Assembly (NCBI GenBank): GCA_902512655.1
Contig: CABXJR010000002.1
Coordinates: forward strand, 636-64,635
DNA: 64,000 bases
From: an uncultured SAR86 cluster bacterium
GTDB taxonomy: Bacteria > Pseudomonadota > Gammaproteobacteria > Magnimaribacterales > D2472
Reading direction: 5' to 3'
Positions 49,972-59,831 of this stretch are shown here, piece after piece. Made by a program: the position numbers and the translations under genes. The notes beneath the pieces are model-generated. The model was not told where the DNA came from. It ran no database searches and worked only from the letters and a program-made list of their open reading frames with translations. Position 1 is the stretch's first letter. Every line of letters begins with the position of its first letter.

Positions 49972-50826
49972 CTATACTTTAATAAATTTGTAATCATTTA
50001 GACTGCTACTCCATTTTTTTGGAGAAATGCAAACTTTGATTGGATTTGAGTTTAAGGTAGCGCCCCACCACCCGAAGGTACTGTTTACTATAATGTTATG
50101 TTTGCAAGAGCTCATTAACATCATATCTTCAAAAGGTAATTCAAAATTTGGCTCTACAAATGTAATATCAATATCAAATTTAAGTTCTTTCTTGCACCAC
50201 TCAATATCATCTGAAAAAATAAAATATTTTGGATTATCAACATGATCACTGATTATAGAGATTGCTTTAAAATAGTAGTCTAAATCACAAATCCATTCAT
50301 TCTCGCCCAAGAAATCCCCTCTTCTTACCTGCAATGAGACAGAATTCTCGTTTTGAATATTATGTTGATGATGTTGATTGACTAATAGATGCTCATAATC
50401 TTGAGATAATTCAAATATATTAGGACATTTATCCTTAACAGCATTGTAAAATCTATCTGTTTGCCAATAACCAAAAAAATATCTATTACGAATAAAGCTT
50501 GGAATAAAATTTGAAACTTGAGAGTAAAACTCTGGAATTGGTAGAAATGTTTTTGATGAATTTAGAAGAAAGTTCCTTAAAAAATGAATAATTTTTTTCT
50601 TATTTGAAAGTTTTTTAAATTGAGAAAAGTGAGAGTTATTCACAATAGGAAAGTTAAATTTAAAAGAAGTGAGTTCGCATTTACGCTCATCCAGAAAATC
50701 AGGTTGATTTTGGAATGATGAGATATCATATTGGACCTCGTCATTATATTTTAGGGATAGATGCTGGCCATATAAATATTGAAACATCTGATTTCCTAAG
50801 CCGCCAGTAATTTTAATTACTTTCAT
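49972..50826 (-). CDS. GT11 alpha-1,2-fucosyl/colitosyltransferase
   Basis: GGLGNQMFQY, GYWQ, QVRRGD, FIFSDD, DMMLMSSCKHNIIVNSTFGWWGA. Confidence 0.92.
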   Translation of the reverse strand: MKVIKITGGLGNQMFQYLYGQHLSLKYNDEVQYDISSFQNQPDFLDERKCELTSFKFNFPIVNNSHFSQFKKLSNKKKIIHFLRNFLLNSSKTFLPIPEFYSQVSNFIPSFIRNRYFFGYWQTDRFYNAVKDKCPNIFELSQDYEHLLVNQHHQHNIQNENSVSLQVRRGDFLGENEWICDLDYYFKAISIISDHVDNPKYFIFSDDIEWCKKELKFDIDITFVEPNFELPFEDMMLMSSCKHNIIVNSTFGWWGATLNSNPIKVCISPKKWSSSLNDYKFIKV

Positions 50827-51986
50827 TAAGATAAAACTTCTCTTAATAAGGAGATTTGATCATTAAGAGACGTATGATGATTGCCTACAAAAAAACCATT
50901 CGAATCAAGCAAATTAGCATTATCTAGATTGTTAAAAATTTCATAATTAAAATATTTCATGACCTCATTCTTTGTAAAATTGCCAGTTACAATCGGTCTA
51001 CATTCAATATTATTATTATTCAACGTTTGAATAACCTCAGCTCTACTCTTATTTGAATTTGGTTTAATAATTAATGAAAAGCCAAACCAAGAGCTCTTAC
51101 AAACTTCTTTCTGAATAAAGAAATCTTTATCATCTGCGAATAGGCTTTCGAAAAGCTTTGCATTTTTTCTTCTCTCAATAATAAAAGTATCTAATTTTTT
51201 TAATTGCTCAATTCCAATTGCACCACTCATCTCAAGTGGCCTAACATTATATCCTGGTAAAACAAATCTAAAGGACTCAGAGAATGAGTCATCAGATTTG
51301 TTAGCAACATGATTTTTTTTTGGAAGGTTTCTGGTCCAACCATGAGCACGCATTGAAAGTAATACATGATACAGTTCTTCATCGTTAACAGCGATCATCC
51401 CTCCCTCCATAGTTGCAATATGATGTGAAAAAAAACTTGAGAATGTTCCCATAATCCCAAATGTACCAGTTTTTTTGCTTTCAAATTCTGCTCCCAATGA
51501 TTCGCAGTTATCCTCAAAAAGCAAAATATCTTTCCCTGAAATTAAAGATGAAATATGATTAAAGTCATTAGGATTACCAAGCAGATTTACAACAACAATC
51601 ATTTTTGTCTCAGTTGAAATCGCATCATTTAATGCTTCAAGATTATAGTTTAAAGTTTGAATATCTATGTCTACAAACTTCAATTTAAGACCATATTGTT
51701 GAAGTGGAAAATATGTTGTTGACCAAGATACTGCTGGGACAATTACTTCATCCCCTCTTTGAAGCTTTGGAATCTTAGTATGAAAAAGTGCAGCGGTAGA
51801 AATTAAATTCGCAGTTGAGCCAGAGCTGACCATTACACAATGATTCACATTAAGGTACCTTGCAAAGTCAGCTTCAAACTGCATCACCTTTTTACCCATA
51901 GTATAATTATCTTTATCAATTACACTCTGAATTGCCTTGTATTCTTCTTTCCCCCATGTCGAACTAGCTAATGGATAATCAATCAT
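50826..51986 (-). CDS. colD: GDP-4-keto-6-deoxy-D-mannose 3-dehydratase (ColD)
   Basis: DegT fold with YPLASSTW, SSGSTANL, PAVSWSTTY, EDNCES. FSSFFSHHIATMEGG has His in place of the Schiff-base Lys, which is diagnostic of ColD. Confidence 0.88.
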   Translation of the reverse strand: MIDYPLASSTWGKEEYKAIQSVIDKDNYTMGKKVMQFEADFARYLNVNHCVMVSSGSTANLISTAALFHTKIPKLQRGDEVIVPAVSWSTTYFPLQQYGLKLKFVDIDIQTLNYNLEALNDAISTETKMIVVVNLLGNPNDFNHISSLISGKDILLFEDNCESLGAEFESKKTGTFGIMGTFSSFFSHHIATMEGGMIAVNDEELYHVLLSMRAHGWTRNLPKKNHVANKSDDSFSESFRFVLPGYNVRPLEMSGAIGIEQLKKLDTFIIERRKNAKLFESLFADDKDFFIQKEVCKSSWFGFSLIIKPNSNKSRAEVIQTLNNNNIECRPIVTGNFTKNEVMKYFNYEIFNNLDNANLLDSNGFFVGNHHTSLNDQISLLREVLS

Positions 51987-52902
51987 AATTACCTCTTTTA
52001 AAAAATTGATACGTTTCTTTGATTCCTTGACGGAGAGTAAATTGATTATTCCAACCTAACTTTTTTAACTTTTCGATATTTAAAAGCTTTTGTTGCATCC
52101 CAACTGGCTTTGTGTGATCGTGCATAAACTTGCCATTATAGTCGACAATATCTGCGATAATCTTATAGTAATCATTGATTGAGTAATCATTACCAAGTCC
52201 AACATTTAAATTTTGTGGTAATTTTTTAAAATGCTCAATGGCATAGAAAATAAAATCTGAAAAATCTTTTGCATACATAAATTCTCGTCTTGCCTCGCCA
52301 TCTCCCCAGATCAATACGTGATCATGACCTTGGCATTTTGCATTATAAATTTTTCGAATTACAGCAGGAATCATATGAGACGAATCATAATCAAAATTAT
52401 CATGTTCACCGTATAAATTGCATGGAATCAAAGTTTTATATAAAAAATTTTTATTATTTAATGATATGTATTCACATAATTTAGTAACTAAAATCTTAGA
52501 CAGAGCATACCCTTCATTTGTGGGCTCTAATGGACCATTAAGTATCATATTTTCTGATAAGGGTTGAAGATGATCTTTTGGATACATGCATGAGCTCGCT
52601 AAATTAATAAGCCGTTTGATTTTATGTTCCTTGGATAAGTTAACTACATTTATGCCCATCTGAGTATTTTCAAATAAATATTTTTCTGGATTTGATATAT
52701 TTGCCTCAATTCCCCCAACAATACCCGCCGCATGAATTACAAGATCTATTTTATTTTGTTGAAAAAATGAATTAAGCTGATCCACATTTAATAAATCTAA
52801 ATCCGACCTTCTGGGCGCAATAAAATTAAATTTTTTAGCCATAGGATTAGAAAGAATATTTTTACCTGCCATTCCGCTAGCACCTGAAAGAAAAATATTC
52901 AT
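51979..52902 (-). CDS. colC: GDP-colitose/GDP-fucose synthase (ColC/Fcl)
   Basis: SGASGMAG, HAAGIVGGIEAN, SSCMYP, LEPTNEGYALSK, PCNLYG, SHMIPA, WGDGEARREF. Lies between gmd and colD. Confidence 0.82.
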   Translation of the reverse strand: MNIFLSGASGMAGKNILSNPMAKKFNFIAPRRSDLDLLNVDQLNSFFQQNKIDLVIHAAGIVGGIEANISNPEKYLFENTQMGINVVNLSKEHKIKRLINLASSCMYPKDHLQPLSENMILNGPLEPTNEGYALSKILVTKLCEYISLNNKNFLYKTLIPCNLYGEHDNFDYDSSHMIPAVIRKIYNAKCQGHDHVLIWGDGEARREFMYAKDFSDFIFYAIEHFKKLPQNLNVGLGNDYSINDYYKIIADIVDYNGKFMHDHTKPVGMQQKLLNIEKLKKLGWNNQFTLRQGIKETYQFFKRGNYD

Positions 52903-52918
52903 GAGATAGATTTGAGAA

Positions 52919-53935
52919 TTATATTTTGGACGCCGCTAAAGACATCTCTTCAACCAAAGACTCAAATGTATGCTGTGGCTCCCAACCGAGCATATTTTTT
53001 GCCTTTGCAGGGTCACCTAATAATGTATCTACCTCAGCAGGTCGAAAGTATTTTTCAGAAATTTCAAAAATCACTCTTCCAGATTTTTTATCCACCCCGA
53101 TTTCATCAAGTCCAGAACCATTCCACTCAATTTCAAAATTAAAATAAGATGCTGCTAGGACGCTAAATTCTTTTACGCTATATTGGGATCCTGTTGCTAT
53201 AACATAGTCATCAGGCTCATCTTGTTGACACATCAGCCACATTGCTTTTACATAATCTTCGGCATGACCCCAATCTCTCAAAGCATGGATATTACCAAGG
53301 ACGATCTTTTCTTCATTATTCTGTACAGCTCTTGCAAGTCCTTGAACTATTTTTTGAGTAACAAAGGTTTCTCCTCTTCTCGGAGATTCATGATTAAATA
53401 AAATGCCTGAGCTAGCATGAAGGCCATATGACTCTCTGTAATTTTTAACTATCCAGTAACCATAAAGTTTTGCGACTCCATAGGGTGACCTTGGATAAAA
53501 CGGTGTACTTTCATTTTGGGGAACGGCTTGAACTAAACCATAAAGTTCAGATGTAGAGGCTTGGTATATTCGAACATCTTTCTCTATTCCAAGTAACCGA
53601 CAAGATTCCAGAATACGCAGAGTTCCCAATGCATCTACCTGTCCTGTATATTCAGGAATTTCAAAAGATACCTTGACATGGCTTTGAGCTCCAAGGTTAT
53701 ATATTTCATCTGGCTTAATGGTTTGAATTATCGACATTGTATTAGATGCATCTGTTAAGTCGCCGTAATGAAGATGCAGATCATTAAAAATATGATCAAT
53801 TCTATCAGTATTAATTTGAGAGGTTCTTCTAATAATTCCATGAACTGTATAGTCCTTTTTAAGTAGCAATTCAGCAAGATAAGATCCGTCTTGTCCAGTA
53901 ATGCCAGTAATCAAGGCAACCTTTTTGTTAGTCAA
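52919..53935 (-). CDS. gmd: GDP-mannose 4,6-dehydratase
   Basis: [60 protein letters not shown]. Confidence 0.97.
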   Translation of the reverse strand: MTNKKVALITGITGQDGSYLAELLLKKDYTVHGIIRRTSQINTDRIDHIFNDLHLHYGDLTDASNTMSIIQTIKPDEIYNLGAQSHVKVSFEIPEYTGQVDALGTLRILESCRLLGIEKDVRIYQASTSELYGLVQAVPQNESTPFYPRSPYGVAKLYGYWIVKNYRESYGLHASSGILFNHESPRRGETFVTQKIVQGLARAVQNNEEKIVLGNIHALRDWGHAEDYVKAMWLMCQQDEPDDYVIATGSQYSVKEFSVLAASYFNFEIEWNGSGLDEIGVDKKSGRVIFEISEKYFRPAEVDTLLGDPAKAKNMLGWEPQHTFESLVEEMSLAASKI

Positions 53936-54229
53936 TTTAATTTCTCCAATAAGTAAGTTATAAACTTTAAATTCTTACTTAAAATACACTAATGTATTAA
54001 TTTAAATTTTATTATACTCTAGATTTTTCTAAGATAATTTTTGGTATGTCAAAAATTAACTCTCTATTACTCTGGAAAAAATTGATTGAATAAGTTGATC
54101 TATGGGGCTTTCATAGAAATTGTTTTTATTTAGTTGCAGAAATTTGAGATGCTTAATAAATCATTCTCACAAGAAAATAAATCGTTAAATAACATGCCTT
54201 GATTGGCTAACTCAAGAACCTTATGAAAA

Positions 54230-55009
54230 TCACGCCTTATCTATATCATAATAATGCAGTCTCTCAATATCCTCTTCATTTGTTTCATCACCATATTGAA
54301 TCTCTATAATTCTACATTCCTGCGAGTATGGATTTGTTATTTGATGCCAAGAATTAACAGGCACTTGAAAAAAATCTCCTTTGTTTAAGATTTTAGTTTG
54401 TACATTATCTGGATTAGAATTACTAAAATTTACCTTGCATTTACCCTTGGAAACAAGCCAGACTTCGCTTCTTTTAAAGTGCCTCTGAAAACTCATACCA
54501 TTTTTCTTTTTAACAATTAACTCTTTAACTTTGACATAATCATCCTGGAAAAGGTCAAAAAATTTTCCCCATAATCTTGAGCTTGATGAGTATCTTGAAT
54601 TCTTTAATATCCAACTACTAGAATTCTTTTTATTATTACCACCAACAGAAAATTTAAAATGAATATCTTTGATAGCCATCTCGGGAATATTGCGTTTTGT
54701 TCTATCTCCCCCATTACAAAAAATAATCTGATCATCGGGAAATAACTGTTTAACTTTCTTCAGTCCATTGGTTGCCGACCCAATATCGTCGTCCTCAAAA
54801 TCTAAAACAAGATCAACAGATGATAAGTTTTCTAATATTATTTTTCTTTCAGTGAATGGAAGAAAAAACTTACTTTTTTTTTCTTTTAACCACTCGTCAC
54901 TATTAAGGCACACAATTAATTTATCTGCCTCAGCCAGTGCTGAATTTAAGTAGGATATATGGCCGGAATGAATTGGATCAAAGCCTCCACTTACAACAGC
55001 TATTTTCAT
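54230..55009 (-). CDS. Fusion: HIGH-motif cytidylyl/adenylyltransferase + mannose-6-phosphate isomerase-type cupin
   Basis: N-term SGGFDPIHSGH, LNSDEWL, NGGDR, NSSS. C-term RLWG.F, VKVKEL, SFQRHFKRSEVW, WHQITN, IIEIQYG...EEDIERL. Confidence 0.85.
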   Translation of the reverse strand: MKIAVVSGGFDPIHSGHISYLNSALAEADKLIVCLNSDEWLKEKKSKFFLPFTERKIILENLSSVDLVLDFEDDDIGSATNGLKKVKQLFPDDQIIFCNGGDRTKRNIPEMAIKDIHFKFSVGGNNKKNSSSWILKNSRYSSSSRLWGKFFDLFQDDYVKVKELIVKKKNGMSFQRHFKRSEVWLVSKGKCKVNFSNSNPDNVQTKILNKGDFFQVPVNSWHQITNPYSQECRIIEIQYGDETNEEDIERLHYYDIDKA

Positions 55010-55109
55010 TTTTTTATTATATATTATTAGAGTTTTAATTTAGCGAATATTACAAAACCAAACACTAAATTCAAGATTATTGATTATCAGCCCTCAATTA
55101 AAATACTGT

Positions 55110-57152
55110 TTAGTTCAGCCTCTTAAAGCCCTCATGACATACAGGGCTGTCTAATAAATTAAAGATATCTCTGCCATCCTCACATTCTTTAACTAATGAA
55201 AATATATCAGATAAAACTTCAAAATAACCCTCTAAAATTTTATCAGTGTGCGCAACTGAAACATAGATAGAATTGCCAGCAAGAAAACCTTTTTTTAACA
55301 TTTCTTGACTAATTAAAGTTTTATATTCAAGCGCATGCCTACTTTTAAAAGTAAATCCAGCTAAACTGGGTAACCCCCATTGATTTATTGTTAATTCATT
55401 TTTATCTGCTAATTTCTGCCAATTCTTTTTTATTTTATTGCCTTGATAAGTAATAGTTTCCCATGACTTAGTTTTTTCCATAACCTCTAGAGATTTAAGC
55501 GCTGCAACCGAACCTATTCTTTCTGTCCAAAAAGTGCTGCTGATAAAAGAGCTTTGGGCTGCCTCCATAATCTCTTGCCTGCCAACTACAGCTGTTACGG
55601 CATACCCATTTCCCATAGCTTTGCCAAACATAGCGATATCTGGATTAACTCCTGTTAAGAGATGAATTCCCCCAAAAGACTGTCTAAATCCAGAAGTACA
55701 CTCATCAAATATTAAAATAATGTTTTTATCATCAGCTAACTTTCTGACTTTCTTAAGAAAAGCTATATCTGGTTTTGTTGATCTTGAAACTTCCATTTTA
55801 ATTGTTCCAATATTTTTATCGGTAACAATTTTTTCAAGAGCGGAAAAATTTCCATAATCAAAAGGGTGCACTGTGGATTGAAGGTTTCTTGGAACTCCAT
55901 TTGGCTCTAACCCAGGTAATAAGTGGCCGTCGAGCCCCTTTTTATCTCCTAAATTTACAGATAGATACCAATCATGCCAACCGTGATACCCACATACAGC
56001 AACATTGTCTTTACCAGAAGAAGCTCTTGCAATCCTAATTGCAATAGCATTTGCCTCACCGCCTGACCGAGCAAACCTGACCATGTCTGCCCAGGGATGC
56101 ATTTCGACTAACTTTTCAGCTAATATAACTTCTTCATTGCAGTTGAGAGTAGACATATTGCCATTTTTTATTGCCTCTAAAACCGCTGCATCAACTTGAT
56201 GATCTCCATAACCTAATATATTGGTTCCAATTCCCATAATTGAAACATCAGTATATTTTTTTCCATCCAAATCTTCTATGAAACACCCTTTAGCAGACTT
56301 ATAATAAGCAGGCCATTTATCTGGTAGAAATAATTCAGGTCTTTTAGATAAAAGCATGGTTCCACCAGGAATAACACGTTTAGCTCGCTTCCACATTTTT
56401 TGTCCATTGCTCATATGGGCTCCTTCATTTCTAGCAATTGATGTATTTGCTTTGAATAGTTTTGGATTCTCATTATATAGTGAAAGAACGTCCTTCCACT
56501 TAAAAAAAATATCGGGTGCAAAGTGATTAAAAATATTTCTTATAACTTCTAAATCTTCAGGCTCATCCACTGTCCATCTAAGATGAGAAAAATCCTCAGA
56601 ATTGTTTAAATTAATTAGATTTTTAGAAAAATGGTTTCTTATAAAAGGTGTCACGTGCTCTCTATCAAAATTATTTTTTGCATTTTTGGCAGCTAGCCTC
56701 AATGAGGCTTTTGAAAATACCTCAACATCAAGTCCATCTGGAAAAGATGGTGGGCTAACATTACTAGCATACTGAGTGCTGCCTTCTAAAAATTTTTTTA
56801 TTATCTCATCTACTAAATCAGGGCAAACCAAGGGACAATCCCCAGTGATTCGAACTATGACATCACCATTATAAAATTCTGCTGCTTCCATAAATCTACT
56901 AAGAACATCCTCCTCATCACCAGCATATGATCGATAACCCAGACTATGCACATGCTCTATTAGCTTAAAATCCTTGGATTTATCTGAAGTTGCAAGAATA
57001 ATCTGATGAATTTTCTTTGCCTTAGAAAGTCTAGAAAGTAATATGCTAATCATAGAATGATCGTTAATATTCTCTAATACTTTCCCGGGCAGGCGAGAAG
57101 AACCCATTCTTGCTTGAACAATTGCTAATATCTTGGGATTATTTTTTACCAT
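55110..57152 (-). CDS. Fusion: SpsF-like cytidylyltransferase + class III PLP aminotransferase (GSA-aminomutase-like)
   Basis: IVQARMGSSRLPGKVL, EDVLSRF, VRITGDCPL, PDGLDVE, REHVT, RWTVDEPED. Then IPGG, RSGGEA, GYHGWHD, IFDECTSGFR, FGKAMGNG, SSTF. Confidence 0.88.
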   Translation of the reverse strand: MVKNNPKILAIVQARMGSSRLPGKVLENINDHSMISILLSRLSKAKKIHQIILATSDKSKDFKLIEHVHSLGYRSYAGDEEDVLSRFMEAAEFYNGDVIVRITGDCPLVCPDLVDEIIKKFLEGSTQYASNVSPPSFPDGLDVEVFSKASLRLAAKNAKNNFDREHVTPFIRNHFSKNLINLNNSEDFSHLRWTVDEPEDLEVIRNIFNHFAPDIFFKWKDVLSLYNENPKLFKANTSIARNEGAHMSNGQKMWKRAKRVIPGGTMLLSKRPELFLPDKWPAYYKSAKGCFIEDLDGKKYTDVSIMGIGTNILGYGDHQVDAAVLEAIKNGNMSTLNCNEEVILAEKLVEMHPWADMVRFARSGGEANAIAIRIARASSGKDNVAVCGYHGWHDWYLSVNLGDKKGLDGHLLPGLEPNGVPRNLQSTVHPFDYGNFSALEKIVTDKNIGTIKMEVSRSTKPDIAFLKKVRKLADDKNIILIFDECTSGFRQSFGGIHLLTGVNPDIAMFGKAMGNGYAVTAVVGRQEIMEAAQSSFISSTFWTERIGSVAALKSLEVMEKTKSWETITYQGNKIKKNWQKLADKNELTINQWGLPSLAGFTFKSRHALEYKTLISQEMLKKGFLAGNSIYVSVAHTDKILEGYFEVLSDIFSLVKECEDGRDIFNLLDSPVCHEGFKRLN

Positions 57153-58015
57153 TGATTTGGATTAATGAGTTTTTTATTAGCTTTAGAGTGCCAATCTGGA
57201 AATTGTATCTTACTGTTGTTCCTTAAACGTGAAACTATTTTTTGTAATTGCTCGATATTTTGAACTCCGACAATCACCTTATCTATTTCTTTATATTGCA
57301 AGACAAATTTCAGACATGCTTCTACAGGATCAATATCATTATTTCTTAACCATGCGAACCACTCATCAAATAATTTTGCTGAATCAGCAAAAGAGGCCGG
57401 GATACTATTTTGATCAAGCAATAAGAGGCCTTGCAAAAATATAGATCTGGCATGGACCTCAATATTCTTTTTATTTAACTCTTCTAGAATCTCAGAACTA
57501 ATAAGTCTTGTATCAAAAATATTTAGTGGCGCTTGAATAATATCAATGTCATTACTAGCTATATATTCTTTAATTTTATTGACTTTATAAATTGATAATC
57601 CAACTTTCTTACAAATCTGATTATCCTTTAAACGACACAATGATTCTCGTATGATGTCTCCATTCTTACCAAGAATTTGGTCAGAATCATGCAGCAAAAC
57701 TCCATAAACCTTTTTAACTTTTAGTCTCCTAAGAGACATCTCGACCTCATGGAAAACCCATTCCTGTATATTTTTAATATTTTCTGGTACCGGAGGTATT
57801 TTTGTAATAACCTGCCAGTCAACTAAGCCGAAATTTCCAAGCACATTTTCACTCTCACCATACATTACAGCAGTATCAAGTGTTTTGATTTTATTTTCGT
57901 GAGCAAGATTAAGAATTTTATGAGCTTCAGAACGTGGAACTTGACCAGAAGTATTTGCTATGCCGTATTCAGTTCCAAATTGAACTGTTCCAAGGGCAAT
58001 TTTGTCTATGTTCAC
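57146..58015 (-). CDS. Aldo/keto reductase (nucleotide-sugar-locus type)
   Basis: LGTVQFG..YG, LDTAVMYGESE, VLLH, GLSIY, RSIFLQGLLL. Confidence 0.88.
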   Translation of the reverse strand: MNIDKIALGTVQFGTEYGIANTSGQVPRSEAHKILNLAHENKIKTLDTAVMYGESENVLGNFGLVDWQVITKIPPVPENIKNIQEWVFHEVEMSLRRLKVKKVYGVLLHDSDQILGKNGDIIRESLCRLKDNQICKKVGLSIYKVNKIKEYIASNDIDIIQAPLNIFDTRLISSEILEELNKKNIEVHARSIFLQGLLLLDQNSIPASFADSAKLFDEWFAWLRNNDIDPVEACLKFVLQYKEIDKVIVGVQNIEQLQKIVSRLRNNSKIQFPDWHSKANKKLINPNQW

Positions 58016-58659
58016 CTCTCAATTTTTCTCATTGTTGATACAGCAATCCAATTTTCTTTAAGATCAGTATATTGATGAATTTCATGATCAATTATCTTAT
58101 GAGAATAACAATGATATGAGCTATCTTTTTCAAAAATTTTTCTGTAATCCATCTTAAAAGACTTAATATTTTCTAAATGCACATATTTATTTTCTAATTC
58201 ATGTTCAGAAAAAAAATCCATTATGAGCAACCAAGAGCCATCTTTTAAAACCCTGGAAGCTTCCTCCGATATAAGAGATAAATCTTCTCTATCACATAAA
58301 TATAAACAAAATCCATAGATAATAATATCAAATTGATTATCTTCATAAGGCAGCTTATCCGCGCTCCCAAGAATAGCATTTATACCTTTAGCATTTGCTG
58401 CTTTGACTGCTTTTTTTGATGGATCTATACCAAAAAAATTACAATCGACCATTTCAGATATAAACCTGCCCCTGCTTCCTTCACCGCAACCTACTTCTAA
58501 AATATTAATTTTTTTATTTTTGAGTAAATTAGAATTTAAAATTGCCCTTATTTCAGCAACTAAAGGATCCTTATCAAAATTTCTTTTTTTGAGAGTCTCT
58601 TTATTTCTTTCAAACCATGCGTCACCCTCAGAGTGTTTAAAAATTTCCTTTTGACTCAA
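58012..58659 (-). CDS. SAM-dependent methyltransferase (pseudaminic-acid-locus-associated type)
   Basis: EGDAWFERN, LEVGCGEG, GIDPS, GSADKLPY, FDIII.GFCLYL. Confidence 0.8.
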   Translation of the reverse strand: MSQKEIFKHSEGDAWFERNKETLKKRNFDKDPLVAEIRAILNSNLLKNKKINILEVGCGEGSRGRFISEMVDCNFFGIDPSKKAVKAANAKGINAILGSADKLPYEDNQFDIIIYGFCLYLCDREDLSLISEEASRVLKDGSWLLIMDFFSEHELENKYVHLENIKSFKMDYRKIFEKDSSYHCYSHKIIDHEIHQYTDLKENWIAVSTMRKIER

Positions 58660-59831
58660 AGTAATTCCTTGTTAGCTAATTCCAATGCACTAGATAGCAC
58701 GTTAGAAACTTTTTCTAATGATGTTTGATCAATATGAGAGAACAAAGGGATACTTAAAGCAGAATCATAATACTTCTCCGCAGTTACAAAATCACCTTTT
58801 TTAAAATTTAGTTTTTTATAAAAAGGTTGCAAGTGAATGGGAATATAATGGACGTTCACTCCTATATTGTTTTTCTTCATATAATCAAAAATAATTCTTC
58901 TTTTAGCCGGGTTTGGTTTGCTTAATTTAATTATGAATAGGTGATAAGAGGAATAAATTAAAGGATCTGTAGCTGGGAGTAAAATATTTAACTTTGATAG
59001 CTGTTTGTGATAAAAAATAGCATGTTCATTCCTTTTAAGTACAAAATCATCGATCCTATTCATTTGCGAATACCCCAGCGCGGCTTGCATTTCAGTCATT
59101 CTATAATTTAAACCTAAATCAATTTGCTCATAGTACCAATCTCCTTCATCTTTGAAGCTCATATGAGATTTATTTCTAGTAATACCATGGGTTCGTAAAA
59201 TTTCCATTTTCATGGATAAGTTTTTGTCATTAGTAAGAGCCATGCCGCCCTCACCAGATGTGATAATTTTTACTGGATGAAAACTAAAAACAGTAATATC
59301 GCTATATTCACATGAACCCACTGGCTTATTTTTATATTTACCTCCAATAGCATGTGAGGCATCTTCAATGATTTTAAAATTATATTGCTTACTTAGTTTA
59401 TATATTTCTTCCATGTCACATGAAAACCCTCCCATATGAACAGGAATTATTACTTTAGGTAGCAATCCCTCTTTCTCTGCATATGCCAACTTTTTTTTAA
59501 GCTCTGAAATTGAGATATTATTTGTATTAAAGTCTATATCTACAAAATCTACCGAGGCTCCACAATATAACGCTGCGTTTGATGATGCAACAAATGAAAT
59601 TGGCGAGGTCCATAGGATATCATCCTTACCTAAATCAAGAGATAAACATGCAATGTGAAGCGCAGAAGTAGCACTGTTTACTGCAACAGCATATTTCGAC
59701 CCACAATAATTTTTTACAATATCTTCAAATCGCGGAACCTGCGGACCTTGAGTAAGAAAGTTAGATTTTAAAACATCAATGACTGCATCAATATCATTCT
59801 GATTAATATCTTGTTTTCCATAAGGTATCAT
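58656..59831 (-). CDS. pseC: UDP-4-amino-4,6-dideoxy-N-acetyl-beta-L-altrosamine transaminase
   Basis: MIPYGKQDI, LTQGP, NSATSALH, EDASHAIG, FSFHPVKIITSGEGG, WYYEQIDLGLNYRMT. Confidence 0.92.
   Translation of the reverse strand: MIPYGKQDINQNDIDAVIDVLKSNFLTQGPQVPRFEDIVKNYCGSKYAVAVNSATSALHIACLSLDLGKDDILWTSPISFVASSNAALYCGASVDFVDIDFNTNNISISELKKKLAYAEKEGLLPKVIIPVHMGGFSCDMEEIYKLSKQYNFKIIEDASHAIGGKYKNKPVGSCEYSDITVFSFHPVKIITSGEGGMALTNDKNLSMKMEILRTHGITRNKSHMSFKDEGDWYYEQIDLGLNYRMTEMQAALGYSQMNRIDDFVLKRNEHAIFYHKQLSKLNILLPATDPLIYSSYHLFIIKLSKPNPAKRRIIFDYMKKNNIGVNVHYIPIHLQPFYKKLNFKKGDFVTAEKYYDSALSIPLFSHIDQTSLEKVSNVLSSALELANKELL

Noticed and set aside
53936-54229. 294-bp gap upstream of gmd as a small gene, sRNA or JUMPstart/ops element
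   Set aside because: Only very short ORFs seen, no GGCGGTAG ops motif, and just a weak AT-rich inverted repeat.
55110-56420. hemL (glutamate-1-semialdehyde aminomutase)
   Set aside because: The domain is fused to SpsF inside a sugar locus. It is the same fold class but unlikely to serve tetrapyrrole synthesis.
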